NCBI GenBank assembly: GCA_002269645.1
Contig: NIVC01005131.1
Coordinates: 1 to 25,277 of the forward strand
Direction of reading: 5' to 3'
From: Macrostomum lignano
Lineage: Eukaryota
Length of the DNA: 25,277 nucleotides
This document shows, piece after piece, positions 8,136 through 18,521 of the stretch; position 1 is the stretch's first letter, and every line of letters begins with the position of its first letter. The notes beneath the pieces were generated by a model. The model worked only from the letters and a program-made list of their open reading frames with translations. It did no database searches and had not been told where the DNA came from. The position numbers were made by a program, and so were the translations under genes.

Positions 8136-10466
8136 CTAGTCACTTGACAGTGACACCAGTGGTACAATGAGGTAACAGTCTGGCTGCGGCAGCATTATGC
8201 ACTTCGTCGTGGGCACTCCCGTAATAGTTTGACGCGAATCAGACTAGTAGCCGATCCGTAGGAGTGACGAAAGGTAGGGGTAGTTGTATAAGGTGCCGGT
8301 CAAGGTGAGAACAACTCCATAGACATTTTTGTTGCCATGGACTGCGGCTATGCGCACTACATGGTCTCCAATCATGCAACAATTATCGGGCGCATTTGAG
8401 CTGTATCGCAGAGATGATAGCGGACTCTTGCTTAGCAGGTCGCGGACATTAAGCATTTGCGTTAGCAAGTGTGAAGTGACAAAACGCGTCACTTGAAGCC
8501 GCTTCTTAATTTGTGATAAGTAGTTCTCAAAAGGGAACGCTGAGAAGTTGCTTAAGCACCCAAAGATTTGAACGAATTCAGGGAGATGCACCAGTACGTG
8601 GGTGTTGTGTCTCATGACGGTGTCACCGTACAGCTCGTGGGCTTGGGCGACAAACTCCTTCAGGCAAGTTGCGGCGTATTCACACTTCAGGATTGATGCA
8701 GTAGTCGAATGACATAAACTCATAGATTGCAAAATGTAAAAGAAGAAAGTTCTTGAAAAGTTGATCAGGAAAGAATCACCGGAACAGAACTATACCGAAG
8801 TAAAGAAAATAGTTTTTTTACTCAGACGCCTTGAAATGTGCTAATTCTTGGTCAATCCGACGAGGACGTCGCTGGAATTGTGACGGAGTGAAGGGAGCAA
8901 CCCTTTCGATCTCCTCGGACAGCGCTGTGATTTCACCGGGCCTCAGTTTACAACGGCGGCCGTCATCTGTCGAGAACAAAAAGTGAAACAGCTTCCGCAC
9001 TGTTCCAAGGCAGACAAGATGCATATAGTCCGGTGGTATGCACTTAGGGAACTCCAACCCCGGCAGTTGCATAAGTGGACCGGATCCGGCTCGCTGGTTT
9101 GACTCACTGCAATTTGAATGAGAAATGAAGTAAGAGAATGAGAGATGAAGGGAGGGGATGGGAGATCAAAGGGAGGAAATAGGAAATGAAGTAAGGGAAT
9201 GAGAGATGAAGGGAGGGATGGGAGATCAAAGGGAGGAAATAGGAGATTAAGTAAGGGAATGAGAGATGAAGGGAGGGGATGGGAGATCAAAGGGAGGAAA
9301 TAGGGGATGAAGTAAGGGGGTGAGAGATGAAGGGAGCTGGGGATGGGAGATCAAAGGGAGGAAGTGGAATTAACTGACCATCCTGCGCGATAATCTTCAG
9401 TTGTACGAGACTCTCCTGCTGTTGTTGGATAGACGATTCGTCTATCTACGGTATATGCGGGACTTTTGCAATAAAAGCAGCCGAAATGTGAATTGTGGCC
9501 GAGCGTTTTCGTGATGAAGGAATGAGCTGGTGCATCGCAGATAAAATTCAAGTTGCGCAGTTTGATGTTTACTCCCTCAATCGTCGCGAAGTTAGGCATC
9601 AGCTCTGTAGCCTCCTTACAGAATTCGGCCAGATACTCATCAAGAGGTGGTTTTCCTGGTAGTAGTATTTTAAAGTTTAGAGTGAAATTAATTAACATAA
9701 TCTCAGTCAGTCAATCTCTCGCTCTTTTTCTTTTAAGCTTTAATTATATTCTCAAACTTACCGATTCCGGCATACAATGCAATGGGGACGAGTCGAGCAA
9801 ATCCGGCGATTGTTGCTAGGATGGGCCAGGCACTAAAGTTGGATGAGTTATAGATAGGCCAATGCCTATCAATGCCTATTTTTAAGTCCAGTTCGAATCC
9901 ATCCGAACCGTCCGAAAGTGCAACTGCCTGACTCAACTTCAGCAGATTGTTTTTAAGCAGGTAGGCTATGTTGGAGGCAATACCTAGGTAAGCGAAATCG
10001 CCTGCACCCATGGAATACTTGAGAATCTTCTTTTTCCCGTCCTTGGTTGTTAACAAGTACAGAGATTTCGAGACGGGCAATTCTGGGCTGTGAAGTACGT
10101 TTAATAGAAAATGCATCGCTCTGTGAGGTATGCCGTAGAGCAGGAACAGTACCAACAACTCTTCGTCCAGAGAGTCCAGAGTGGGCTTAGCTGGCTCTTC
10201 TTCTTCATAGACTCTTCAATCTCCTTCGCATAAATCTTCTTCTGGCAGTTCTACGGACAACAGGTATTGTGCAAGGTGTTGCGGGTCGAACTCGTGATTT
10301 GCGGTTACGCTGTCAGCACAAGGAGGCAGTTCGTCGGGTTGGTTGTCAAGCAGTTCGTCGGGTATGTCTTCTACTTCATTTTGCTGTGCGCTTAATTTGG
10401 TATCTAATAGCACATTACTAAATTCTCTCCTAGAGTTGGAATAAAAATCTTTCTCCTTTTAGTCAT
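8136..10466 (-). pseudogene. EnSpm/CACTA (CMC superfamily, animal type) transposase pseudogene with two introns
   Basis: Motifs: IGIDRHWPIYNSSNFSAWPILA, YAGIGKP, FICDAPAHSFI..GHNSHFGCFYC, PPDYMHLVCLGTVRKL, FQRRPR..HFKASE, HNTHVLVHL, FSAFPFENYL, KCIMLP. GT-AG introns 9656-9761 and 9107-9378 restore the frame. Several stops and frameshifts remain. Element termini not found. Confidence 0.88.
9119..9364. repeat. ~60-bp purine-rich tandem repeat, ~4 copies, inside a transposase intron
   Basis: Unit ~AAGTAAGGGAATGAGAGATGAAGGGAGGGGATGGGAGATCAAAGGGAGGAAATAGGA(A/G)AT. Confidence 0.9.
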
Positions 10467-10895
10467 ACCTTTGGATATAAAAGTAGGATCGATAACAATT
10501 GAATGGGATAGACTAGAACTAAATGAACTGGTTGAAAGTAGTATAGAATCAAGCTGTTTTACTGAAGAATTTAATTTAATTTGTTTAATTGGTTCTTTCG
10601 TAAGTTTGTATTAAAACTGAGTATAGCAAAAATATGCGGAATAACGGAATGAACTGAATCGAGAAGGAAAGACCATGTTCATTCAATCGAGGGTTCGTGA
10701 TTGGAGCAGAAAAGCGAGCTTTTTACAGCCCACCAATTCTATTAGCCAAAAATTCTATTGGCACGCTATACATACGTTTGTATTTCAAGTAGTATATCCA
10801 ACTATAATCTGCAGTCTGTAGTCCAACCAGCAATCTTTTTGGTTCAAACTGTGTTTTAAATTCTAGAAACTATACTATTGTACAACTGTACAAGC

Positions 10896-11153
10896 ATGGA
10901 AAGCATCCGCTTCATAGTGTTGTTTCTAGATGATAAGCAAGTAATTGAGGCAGGTTACAGTGAAGTTTCCCTATGTGAATTTCAAGAATTTACTGTAGAG
11001 ACATGGGAGAATTTCGGCTCTTCGCAAAGATTCTGTGATGAAAAACTGAAGGTTAAAGCCGAGTATGAATCTGAATGGTACGACACCGTCATCGTGCAAG
11101 TCGTACTTGATGACGCGGTGAACACTGAGCCAACGATTAAGTTTACTTATTAA
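10896..11153 (+). CDS. Divergent ORF/exon, probable companion gene of the CACTA element
   Basis: MESIRFIVLFLDDKQVIEAGY..KAEYESEWYDTVIVQV, head-to-head with the transposase. A possible small next exon 11197-11248 (AG..AAG|GTGAGT) precedes the satellite. Confidence 0.4.
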   Translation: MESIRFIVLFLDDKQVIEAGYSEVSLCEFQEFTVETWENFGSSQRFCDEKLKVKAEYESEWYDTVIVQVVLDDAVNTEPTIKFTY

Positions 11154-11289
11154 ACTTAATGAGTCTTAAAAAGAAGAGCATATAAGGTGTTCTTAGATTG
11201 GTGCCTCGAGTGAACTGCGGTCAGCGAAACCGGTTCATAACTTTAAAGGTGAGTAAAGCAAAATCTTGAATTGCAAAATTTCTCAGCAT

Positions 11290-13000
11290 CATCTCTCCAT
11301 CACTCAGCTTTTTTTCTCCGTTACAGCGTTCTCTCTCCGTCACTCAGCGTTCTCTATCCATCACTCGGCGTTCTCTCTCCGTCACTCAGCATTATCTCTC
11401 TGTCACTCAGCGTTCTCTATCCATCACTCAGCGCTCTCTCCGTCACTCAGCGTTCTCTTTCTCCGTCACTCAGCGTTCTCTCTCCGTCACTCAGCATTAT
11501 TTCTCTGTCACTCAGCGTTCTCTATCCATCACTCAGCGCTCTCTCTCCGTCACTCAGCGTTCTCCTTCTCCGTCACTTAGCGTTCTCTCTCCGTCACTCA
11601 GCATTATCTCTCTGTGACTCAGCGTTGTCTCCATCACTCAGCGTTCTCTTTCCGTCACTCAGCATTATCTCTCTGTCACTCAGCGTTCTCTATCCATCAC
11701 TCAGCGCTCTATCTCCGTCACTCAGCGTTCTCCTTCTCCGTCACTCAGTGTTCTCTCTCCGTCACTCAGCATTATCTCTCTGTCACTAAGCGTTGTCTCT
11801 CCATCACTCAGCGTTCTCTTTCCGTCACTCAGCATTATCTCTCTGTCACTCAGCGTTCTCTATCCATCACTCAGCGCTCTCTCTCCGTCACTCAGCGTTC
11901 TCTTTCTTCGTCACTCAGCGTTCTCTCTCCGTCACTCAGCGTTGTCTCTCTATCACTCAGCTTTTTTTCTCCGTTACAGCGTTCTCTCTCCGTCACTCAG
12001 CATTATCTCTCTGTGACTCAGCGTTGTCTCCATCACTCAGCGTTCTCTTTCCGTCACTCAGCATTATCTCTCTGTCACTCAGCGTTCTCTATCCATCACT
12101 CAGCGCTCTATCTCCGTCACTCAGCGTTCTCCTTCTCCGTCACTCAGTGTTCTCTCTCCGTCACTCAGCATTATCTCTCTGTCACTAAGCGTTGTCTCTC
12201 CATCACTCAGCGTTCTCTTTCCGTCACTCAGCATTATCTCTCTGTCACTCAGCGTTCTCTATCCATCACTCAGCGCTCTCTCTCCGTCACTCAGCGTTCT
12301 CTTTCTTCGTCACTCAGCGTTCTCTTTCCGTCACTCAGCGTTGTCTCTCTATCACTCAGCTTTTTTTCGCCGTTACAACGTTCTATTTCTCCGTCACTCA
12401 GCGTTGTCTCTCTATCACTCAGCGTTCTCTTTCCGTCACTCAGCATTATCTCCCTGTCACTCAGCGTTCTCTATCCATCACTCAGCGCTCTCTCTCCGTC
12501 ACTCAGCGTTCTCTATCCATCACTCAGCGCTCTCTCTCCGTCACTCAGCGTTCTCTTTCTCCGTCACTCAGCGTTCTCTCTCCGTCACTCAGCGTTCTCT
12601 TTCTCCGTCACTCAGCATTATCTCTCTGTCACTCAGCGTTGTCTCTTCATCACTCAGCGTTCTCTTTCCGTCACTCAGCATTATCTCCCTGTCACTCAGC
12701 GCTCTCTCTCCGTCACTCAGCGTTCTCTATCCATCACTCAGCGCTCTCTCTCCGTCACTCAGCGTTCTCTTTCTCCGTCACTCAGCGTTCTCTCTCCGTC
12801 ACTCAGCGTTCTCTTTCTCCGTCACTCAGCGTTCTCTCTTCGTCACTCAGCATTGTTTCTCTGTCACTCAGCGTTCTCTATCCATCACTCAGCGCTCTCT
12901 CTCCGTCACTCAGCGTTCTCTTTCTCCGTCACTCAGCGTTCTCTTTCTCCGTCACTCAGCGTTATCTCTCTGTCACTCAGCATTATCTCTCCGTCACTCA
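11290..13000. repeat. Satellite/minisatellite array, 21-bp unit with 23-bp variants (consensus GTCACTCAGCGTTCTCTCTCC), ~80 copies, with a 399-bp higher-order duplication
   Basis: Rare variants recur exactly 399 bp apart: GTGACTC 11614/12013, GTCACTAAG 11782/12181, CCGTTACA 11971/12370. Confidence 0.95.
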
Positions 13001-13100
13001 GGGAGACAGCATTATCTGAGACAGCATTTTTCTATGGACCTAGTAACTTCTTCTATGGGCCTAATAACTCTATCCATGTGGCTAGTAACTTTATCTGAAT

Positions 13101-14050
13101 CTAGTAACTTCTTGTATGAACCGAGTAACTCTGGGCCTCGTGGTTCCTAGAGTCTTTGTTCGTCGGCAGACTATGACTCACACGCACTCTAGCACTCTGA
13201 TGATTCAGCGTCTGACCTTGCTCAGACTGACCTCTTGTCCGCGAACTCTTAGTGAACGGAGTGACTGGTTCCTCTATTTCCGGGTGGACAAGAGTCCCAA
13301 ATAACTTTAACTTTCGGTAGCTTTCCGAGAATTGGCCTAAGGCTAGACTGCTTATTTTGCACCAGTCGAAGAGCAGTACCCTGAGATGGTCTGATAGAGC
13401 AATGCCAATAATTTCTTGATGAGTTACGTTCCCCAATGTATCGATAATCAATTCCCAAACTAAATATGTCACGAAAGGTAGTTCGCTGCCACCAATCGAA
13501 GCTATGATCAAATGACTGAGCCAAAACCGCTATCAAAGAGATTTGAATAAATTGAGTTAGAACTAGAACTTAAATTAACCAGTAACTTAACGAACTATCA
13601 ATTGTAATTATTAAACGATAAATTAACAAATATTGGAACTAGCGCACCAGCAGAAAATGATAATTAACCTTAACAAAATTAAAAGACAAAAACACAAAAA
13701 TAAGCTCGGCCTCCTGTGTCCTTACTAACACAGTCTGTTAGAGCTAAGATTTAGTTGGCTAAACTAACTTAGTACTTAGGAGCAGTGCTCAACTAAGACT
13801 CAATAGTTACTAATAACTAGTCATGGACTAATAGTTTGTCAGGCACACCGGGCCGATCTTACAAGGCAATACTACACTAGAGCACACAGTCCGGGCTAAG
13901 TTGCACACTCGGGGCAACCAGAGGAGAGTAAGCGCGGAAAAAGTGCGCGTGCGAGAGCGAGAGCCAATTCAAATTGGTGCGCGCGGTATTTATATACCCG
14001 CAGAATGAGTGCATTAAAACAACTGGTAGGCCTCTTGGCACAACGTTACA
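13101..14050 (-). mobile_element. LTR retrotransposon 5' remnant: LTR-like ~13495-14050, PBS 13484-13494, degraded gag-like sequence
   Basis: The minus strand begins TGTAACG at 14050, has TATATAAATA ~60 nt inside, and ends at TGGTGGCAGCG (tRNA-Leu PBS, 11 nt). A 136-codon frame follows. The expected terminal CA of the LTR is not clear. Confidence 0.55.
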
Positions 14051-15536
14051 GTATCCTATTCGGTTTCGGATGTGCAAGAGTTCCTAGTGAATTAATTGCG
14101 CACGTTAGTATTTTCACTTGAGTCATTAATAATAAATAATAATTCGCGTAATTAACGATGAATTTCAGGAGCCCTACCACACATATAGCTAGATTAAATT
14201 TTTGGTATATTTGCATTGACAATTTACTGTCTCCTCGCATGCCCAAAAAGGGTTTTTTGACGTCGGGTTTTAAAATACAGAAACAATATGATGAGAATAG
14301 AGAATATACTATGAAAATGAAGCATTTATGTAAGTGCTGTGTTACAGTGGGTATTGCAATCAATATACATGCATTCAGGGACTACTCAAACACCGGGACG
14401 GGAAACTAGGATTTTTTTACGAGGCTGGTCTTTAGCAGCTGACGAGGCTGGCTGGCTTATTTTCATCCCTGCATGCATTCGTGTTTTAAGTGTGTTGCGT
14501 TCGAGAGCAGTAATTTTTCTACTCGTATAGCTAGCTAGCACAAGTACGAGCGTATACACAACATTCGCAGTATACTTCTAATTGAAATATAATTTTGCAT
14601 TGCTGAAAAGTAACAAGGGCGAACCTCGTGGGACTCACAAGTGCTGACTTTTACCCCTCTGCTTCCTAACTGCATAGCACTATTGATGCTATCTTTAGAA
14701 CTCCTTTGCTTTGGGGCCCAAATCCAAGTTATCTTCCCTCATAAGTATGAGCACCGAGCACCGAGTGCAAAATTTATCAAAGCAGAAGCTTTACAACTTT
14801 AAGTCAGAGGCATTCCAGTTGTATGTGCTATCAGAATAAAAATGGGGATACTTGGAGTTTGCCTGTCACTACTAGCCCTGTCCCAGGGAAGAAAGCCTAG
14901 GGTAGAGTGAAGAAAGAGGCAGACCGGGGAAGGGGGCATTGCAAAATTTTTATACTAAGGGTATCCCATAGTATTTTTTGCCGTTTGGCAGATGTTATCT
15001 CTAGCCGAGCTCGCAAGTAAAGTGGAAGAATGCTTTATGATATTTATACTGGTAAAACGAGCATACACAACAAACTGGGGGCTGAGTGGGGGTTTTGGGC
15101 CAACTTGCAGGAGGCTTGAGAGGGGGAGGGGGAAAGGAAGTGAGGGAAAAAACCACTCTCACCACACTCGAATACAAGCTTGTAAAAGAAACTGGCTTAG
15201 GCGTGATTGTATCCAATGCGAATGATTTACGCACGTATGAATATGTGATAACTCGAATATGAATTGAATGCTAGTGCTTCTCGGTCACAAATATGAATGG
15301 TATGACTGTTCCGGTTCTCAGTCCCGCCCTGATTGAACCAACTTTGACTCTTGCCTTCGTTGATTTTATCGCTCCCTTTTTCACAATGAAAAACAAACGA
15401 CTGTTTATGATTTTCTTCCTCGTCTCTTATCTCCTCCCAGGGCATGTCTAGCTAACACACAGGCTTCCCCTATTTCATCGGTCTCTGATTTCGCTTACCG
15501 GTACTCTTTCCAGATTAGAAGCAATAACTTCTAGTC

Positions 15537-15660
15537 CAAGGGTCGGCAAACTATTTTACCCTAAGGGCCAGGTAGAGAAGAATCCAGCTCATGGCGGCAA
15601 GCCAGATGAGATTGGAAAGGATAAGAAATAGAAAATTAGAGATGAGAGAAGAGAGGAGAT
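15537..15660 (+). mobile_element. hAT-type non-autonomous element end, copy 2
   Basis: CAAGGGTCGGCAAACTATTTTACCCTAAGGGCCAGGTAG..CAGCTCATGGCGGCAAGCCAGATGAGA, homologous to the reverse complement of 7165-7287. Confidence 0.65.
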
Positions 15661-15920
15661 GCAGGAGATAAAACGAGAGGAGAGATATGAGATATGAGGA
15701 GAGGCGAGACAGAAAAAAGAGGAGAGAGGGGAGAGGGAGGAGAAGAGAGTGGAGAGGGGATCGAAAAGGAAAAGAAGAGAAAAGATGAGAAAAGGGAGAG
15801 AGGAGAAGAGAGAAATGAGAAAGAAGGGAAAGAAGAGGAGAGGCGAGAAGGGGGAGAGAGGGAAAAGGAAGAGAGGGGAAGTGGAGAGAGGGGAAGGGGA
15901 GAGAAGAGAAGAGAAGAAAA
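15640..15920. repeat. GA-rich low-complexity tract
   Basis: Nearly pure purine on the plus strand; produces spurious E/R/K and S/L/F ORFs. Confidence 0.9.
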
Positions 15921-16075
15921 TGGTCCGGCACGCACCAAGTATGACTGCACAACATCCAGGATACTTGATGGCACCAGTTCGCGGGTACCCTGGTTGCGAG
16001 TCCGGCCGGTCAACAATTTCGTCGCGATGTCTTTTTCCGCGAAAATCGCGCGCAGTAGAGTCCTTCACTAGAGAC
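15920..16075 (-). pseudogene. BEN-domain-like fragment
   Basis: RTLLRAIFAEKDIATKLLTGRTRNQGTRELVPSSILDVVQSYL resembles the BEN pattern LL..LF..EEL...SLTG......LDP..L..I. Upstream stops are present. Confidence 0.45.
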
Positions 16076-16275
16076 TTCAGGCTGGACCGCACCCGCTTGT
16101 TCTCTTCTGTTGCGGACAACACCTCTGAGTAGCTTCTCAGCTTGATCTATATGTGGAAGCAAGGAGGTGGAAAAGTGTGCTGTGTATTAGAAGTAATCGT
16201 CAATTTTTCATTATCGTGATCATTATCAAAAGGAAGGAAACCTTGTGTTGTAGGGGAAACTCCTGTCCTTCTACA

Positions 16276-16730
16276 AATCCCACCGCTGCCACCAAGTTTT
16301 CGCTGGTTATATGATACTATTCCTAAAGAAAAATTCCCAAACCAAATTTAATCTAGAATTCCTTGAATCATACAAGTAGTCCTGGTAGCAGTGTCGAGCG
16401 GCAAACACTGATCTAAATTTCTGGCTACTGAGTTTCTAATTTCTATTCTATCCAGTCCTAAACAGGTTATCCTAGGATGGAGTTGCCCGACTGGCCGACC
16501 GCTTACTTCCTTTACTGGCCTCTTACGGCTTTTTTCTTTCTACTGCTTTTCGAGAACTGAGCCAACACGATTTTGCTTCTTTAGACCGAATCAAAGAATC
16601 GGCGGGCGAAGAAATAAACAGCCCGAACACGCTTGTGAACACCACATATAAATAAATAGAAATAGAAATAGAATAGAATATAAATAAATAGAACCATACT
16701 CTCGAAAAAGGAGGTGGGGTGCGCGGGACA
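16276..16730 (-). mobile_element. Second LTR retrotransposon 5' remnant: LTR-like ~16295-16730 and a 19-nt tRNA-Leu PBS (16276-16294)
   Basis: The plus strand reads AATCCCACCGCTGCCACCA, the 3' end of animal tRNA-Leu(AAG/TAG type) including CCA. Candidate LTR start TGTCCCGC at 16730. Confidence 0.65.
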
Positions 16731-16977
16731 TGAATAAACAAATTTCTTTTACATCATTCTAACAAAATAATTTTCCTGAATATAAAATTTAAACCATTAA
16801 AACAAATATCCTATTTAAACAAAATTCGTAGTTAGGCATATTTTGGCGGGAATTCAAAATGGTAGATACGCGAATATTAAAATATATCGGGCCTGCCTCA
16901 CTTGTATGGGTGCCCTAGAAATCAGATAGACCATATCGGTCATATCGGCCACGACACCGGTGCCGGTGGTGTCGGCT

Positions 16978-17830
16978 TCAGCAGTAGCGGCAACATCGGC
17001 AACGAGCAGCGGGAATGCTGTAGCGGCAACTGACACAGTGGCCGCAATGTGGCGCGTCCAATGGAATGCCCATCAACTCAGCTAGCTTTCCAGACGCAAA
17101 AACGTCCGTGTCCGCGACTGGATGTGCTGCTGGTGCATTGCTGCTGGCTGCGTCTCTAATAGCATCAACGAAATGGTCGATGCGGAGAAATTGTGCCCTG
17201 TATGCCACCCTATATTGTGCCCTGTATTTTGAAGTGGAACTGTCTTGCTCTACCTTAGTAATAGAAAGTGTGAAGGCTTGACTGTACAGCCTTGACATTT
17301 CTGCATGTGCGAATATATACTCAGCAACATTGAAAAGTCGCCATCACAGAAGATTCCATCTGTGATCGCCACTTTTGAGAGTGCAGATTAAAGTCTCAAT
17401 CTTTGCGAGTGAGGCAACTTAGCTACGCCGTGGAAGACTTGAGTTGAGGAATGAAATGGGGGGAGCGGTGTGCGAGGGTTGGACGGGTTAAAGCTACCCC
17501 GATTAGTTTTCTCGTATCTTTTAGTTCATAATAATCCAAGAGAAATTGCTCACCTGCGCATAGAGTGGCAACTTCTCAATGTTGCTGAGTATACATTTGG
17601 GCCCCGTGCTGCTCACCTGGACCAACTCCGCTTGTAGCTTTTCCAGCTCCTTCTCCAGACCCGAAATACGGAGACACATTGCAGTGCTTTCCTGCTGAAA
17701 CCTGGCGATGTCAAGGTCCTTCGCGATGCAATCTTCCTTGAGCCGCTGATGCTTAATTTGCAAACAATGCATTGTGTGCCGTACACTCTGCAGCTCCGCG
17801 TCGCGCACCTGCCCTAGATGACAATGAATT
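16978..17830 (-). pseudogene. Degraded spliced gene with a coiled-coil exon; possible companion gene of the second CACTA element
   Basis: Exon ..HQRLKEDCIAKDLDIARFQQESTAMCLRISGLEKELEKLQAELVQ..LYAQ|GTGAGC, then after ~120 bp a frame ETLICTLKSGDHRWNLL*WRLFNVAEYIFAHAEMSRLYSQAF.. with a stop and frameshift. Confidence 0.4.
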
Positions 17831-18521
17831 GACGTTCAGAGTGCCGTACACTCTGAAGCATATCTTAGAGATAAGATCATGTAAGATCTGCTTTATCTTG
17901 CATGATATTATAGGATTCTTGCATGATCTTAAAGACTTTACCCTTAGACCTTGTATGCAATTCTGGCCAGATCTGCAGGCTTGTAAGGACCCTATGTAAT
18001 AGGAAAATATCATGGACTTTTGTGCTAATTTAAATGCTACTTACACAAATCAGTCATTCTAATCTAGCAACATCTTTTGATCTTGGGGGCACGGCGTGGC
18101 TTCTGGTTTTCCCCGGGGTCAGAACTCATAACGGCAGCTTTGAATTGCTCAGCCAGGGTTTTACAATATTCAATGAGCAAATAAAACAAACACTTCTAAT
18201 CACAAACATTCACTTTCATGTCACTACAATGTGGCCATCTTTATAATCAGCTAAAGTAAAGAGCTGAAACATGACGTACACAAATATAATGCAAACACTA
18301 AACAAACATTGTAGCAAAAATTCGCAAATTAAAAGTGGAGCAAAGCTAGAGTTTGACAATCGGTCTCCATGTGAATCAGTTGATGTTTGCAATTATAGAC
18401 CACATCGAATTACGAGCCAATTACAAAAGATTATTGCAGTTATTACAAACTAGAGAAGTAGCACTACTAAAGCATACAATACTCAGACTTCTGACATTGC
18501 AGCTCTGGTTTTAGAGCAAAG

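Noticed and set aside
11266-13150. Long ORFs (up to 494 aa) rich in S/L/H/V/T/Q
   Set aside because: They are translations of the 21/23-bp satellite; units of mixed length switch frames and there is no domain content.
5161-14530. TATACGAGTAG / CTACTCGTATA as TIRs of one 9.4-kb element
   Set aside because: Only 11 bp match, with no internal extension, and the interior is a mosaic of unrelated elements.
14990-15445. Short ORFs on both strands (72-77 aa)
   Set aside because: No motif, no clear splice structure, and conflicting frames.
15551-16132. Overlapping ORFs of 125-177 aa on both strands
   Set aside because: Mostly produced by the GA-rich low-complexity tract; only the BEN-like segment was kept.
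16276-16294. Possible tRNA-Leu gene
   Set aside because: Only the 3'-terminal 19 nt are present, including CCA (not genome-encoded in eukaryotic tRNA genes), with no cloverleaf. It is a primer-binding site.
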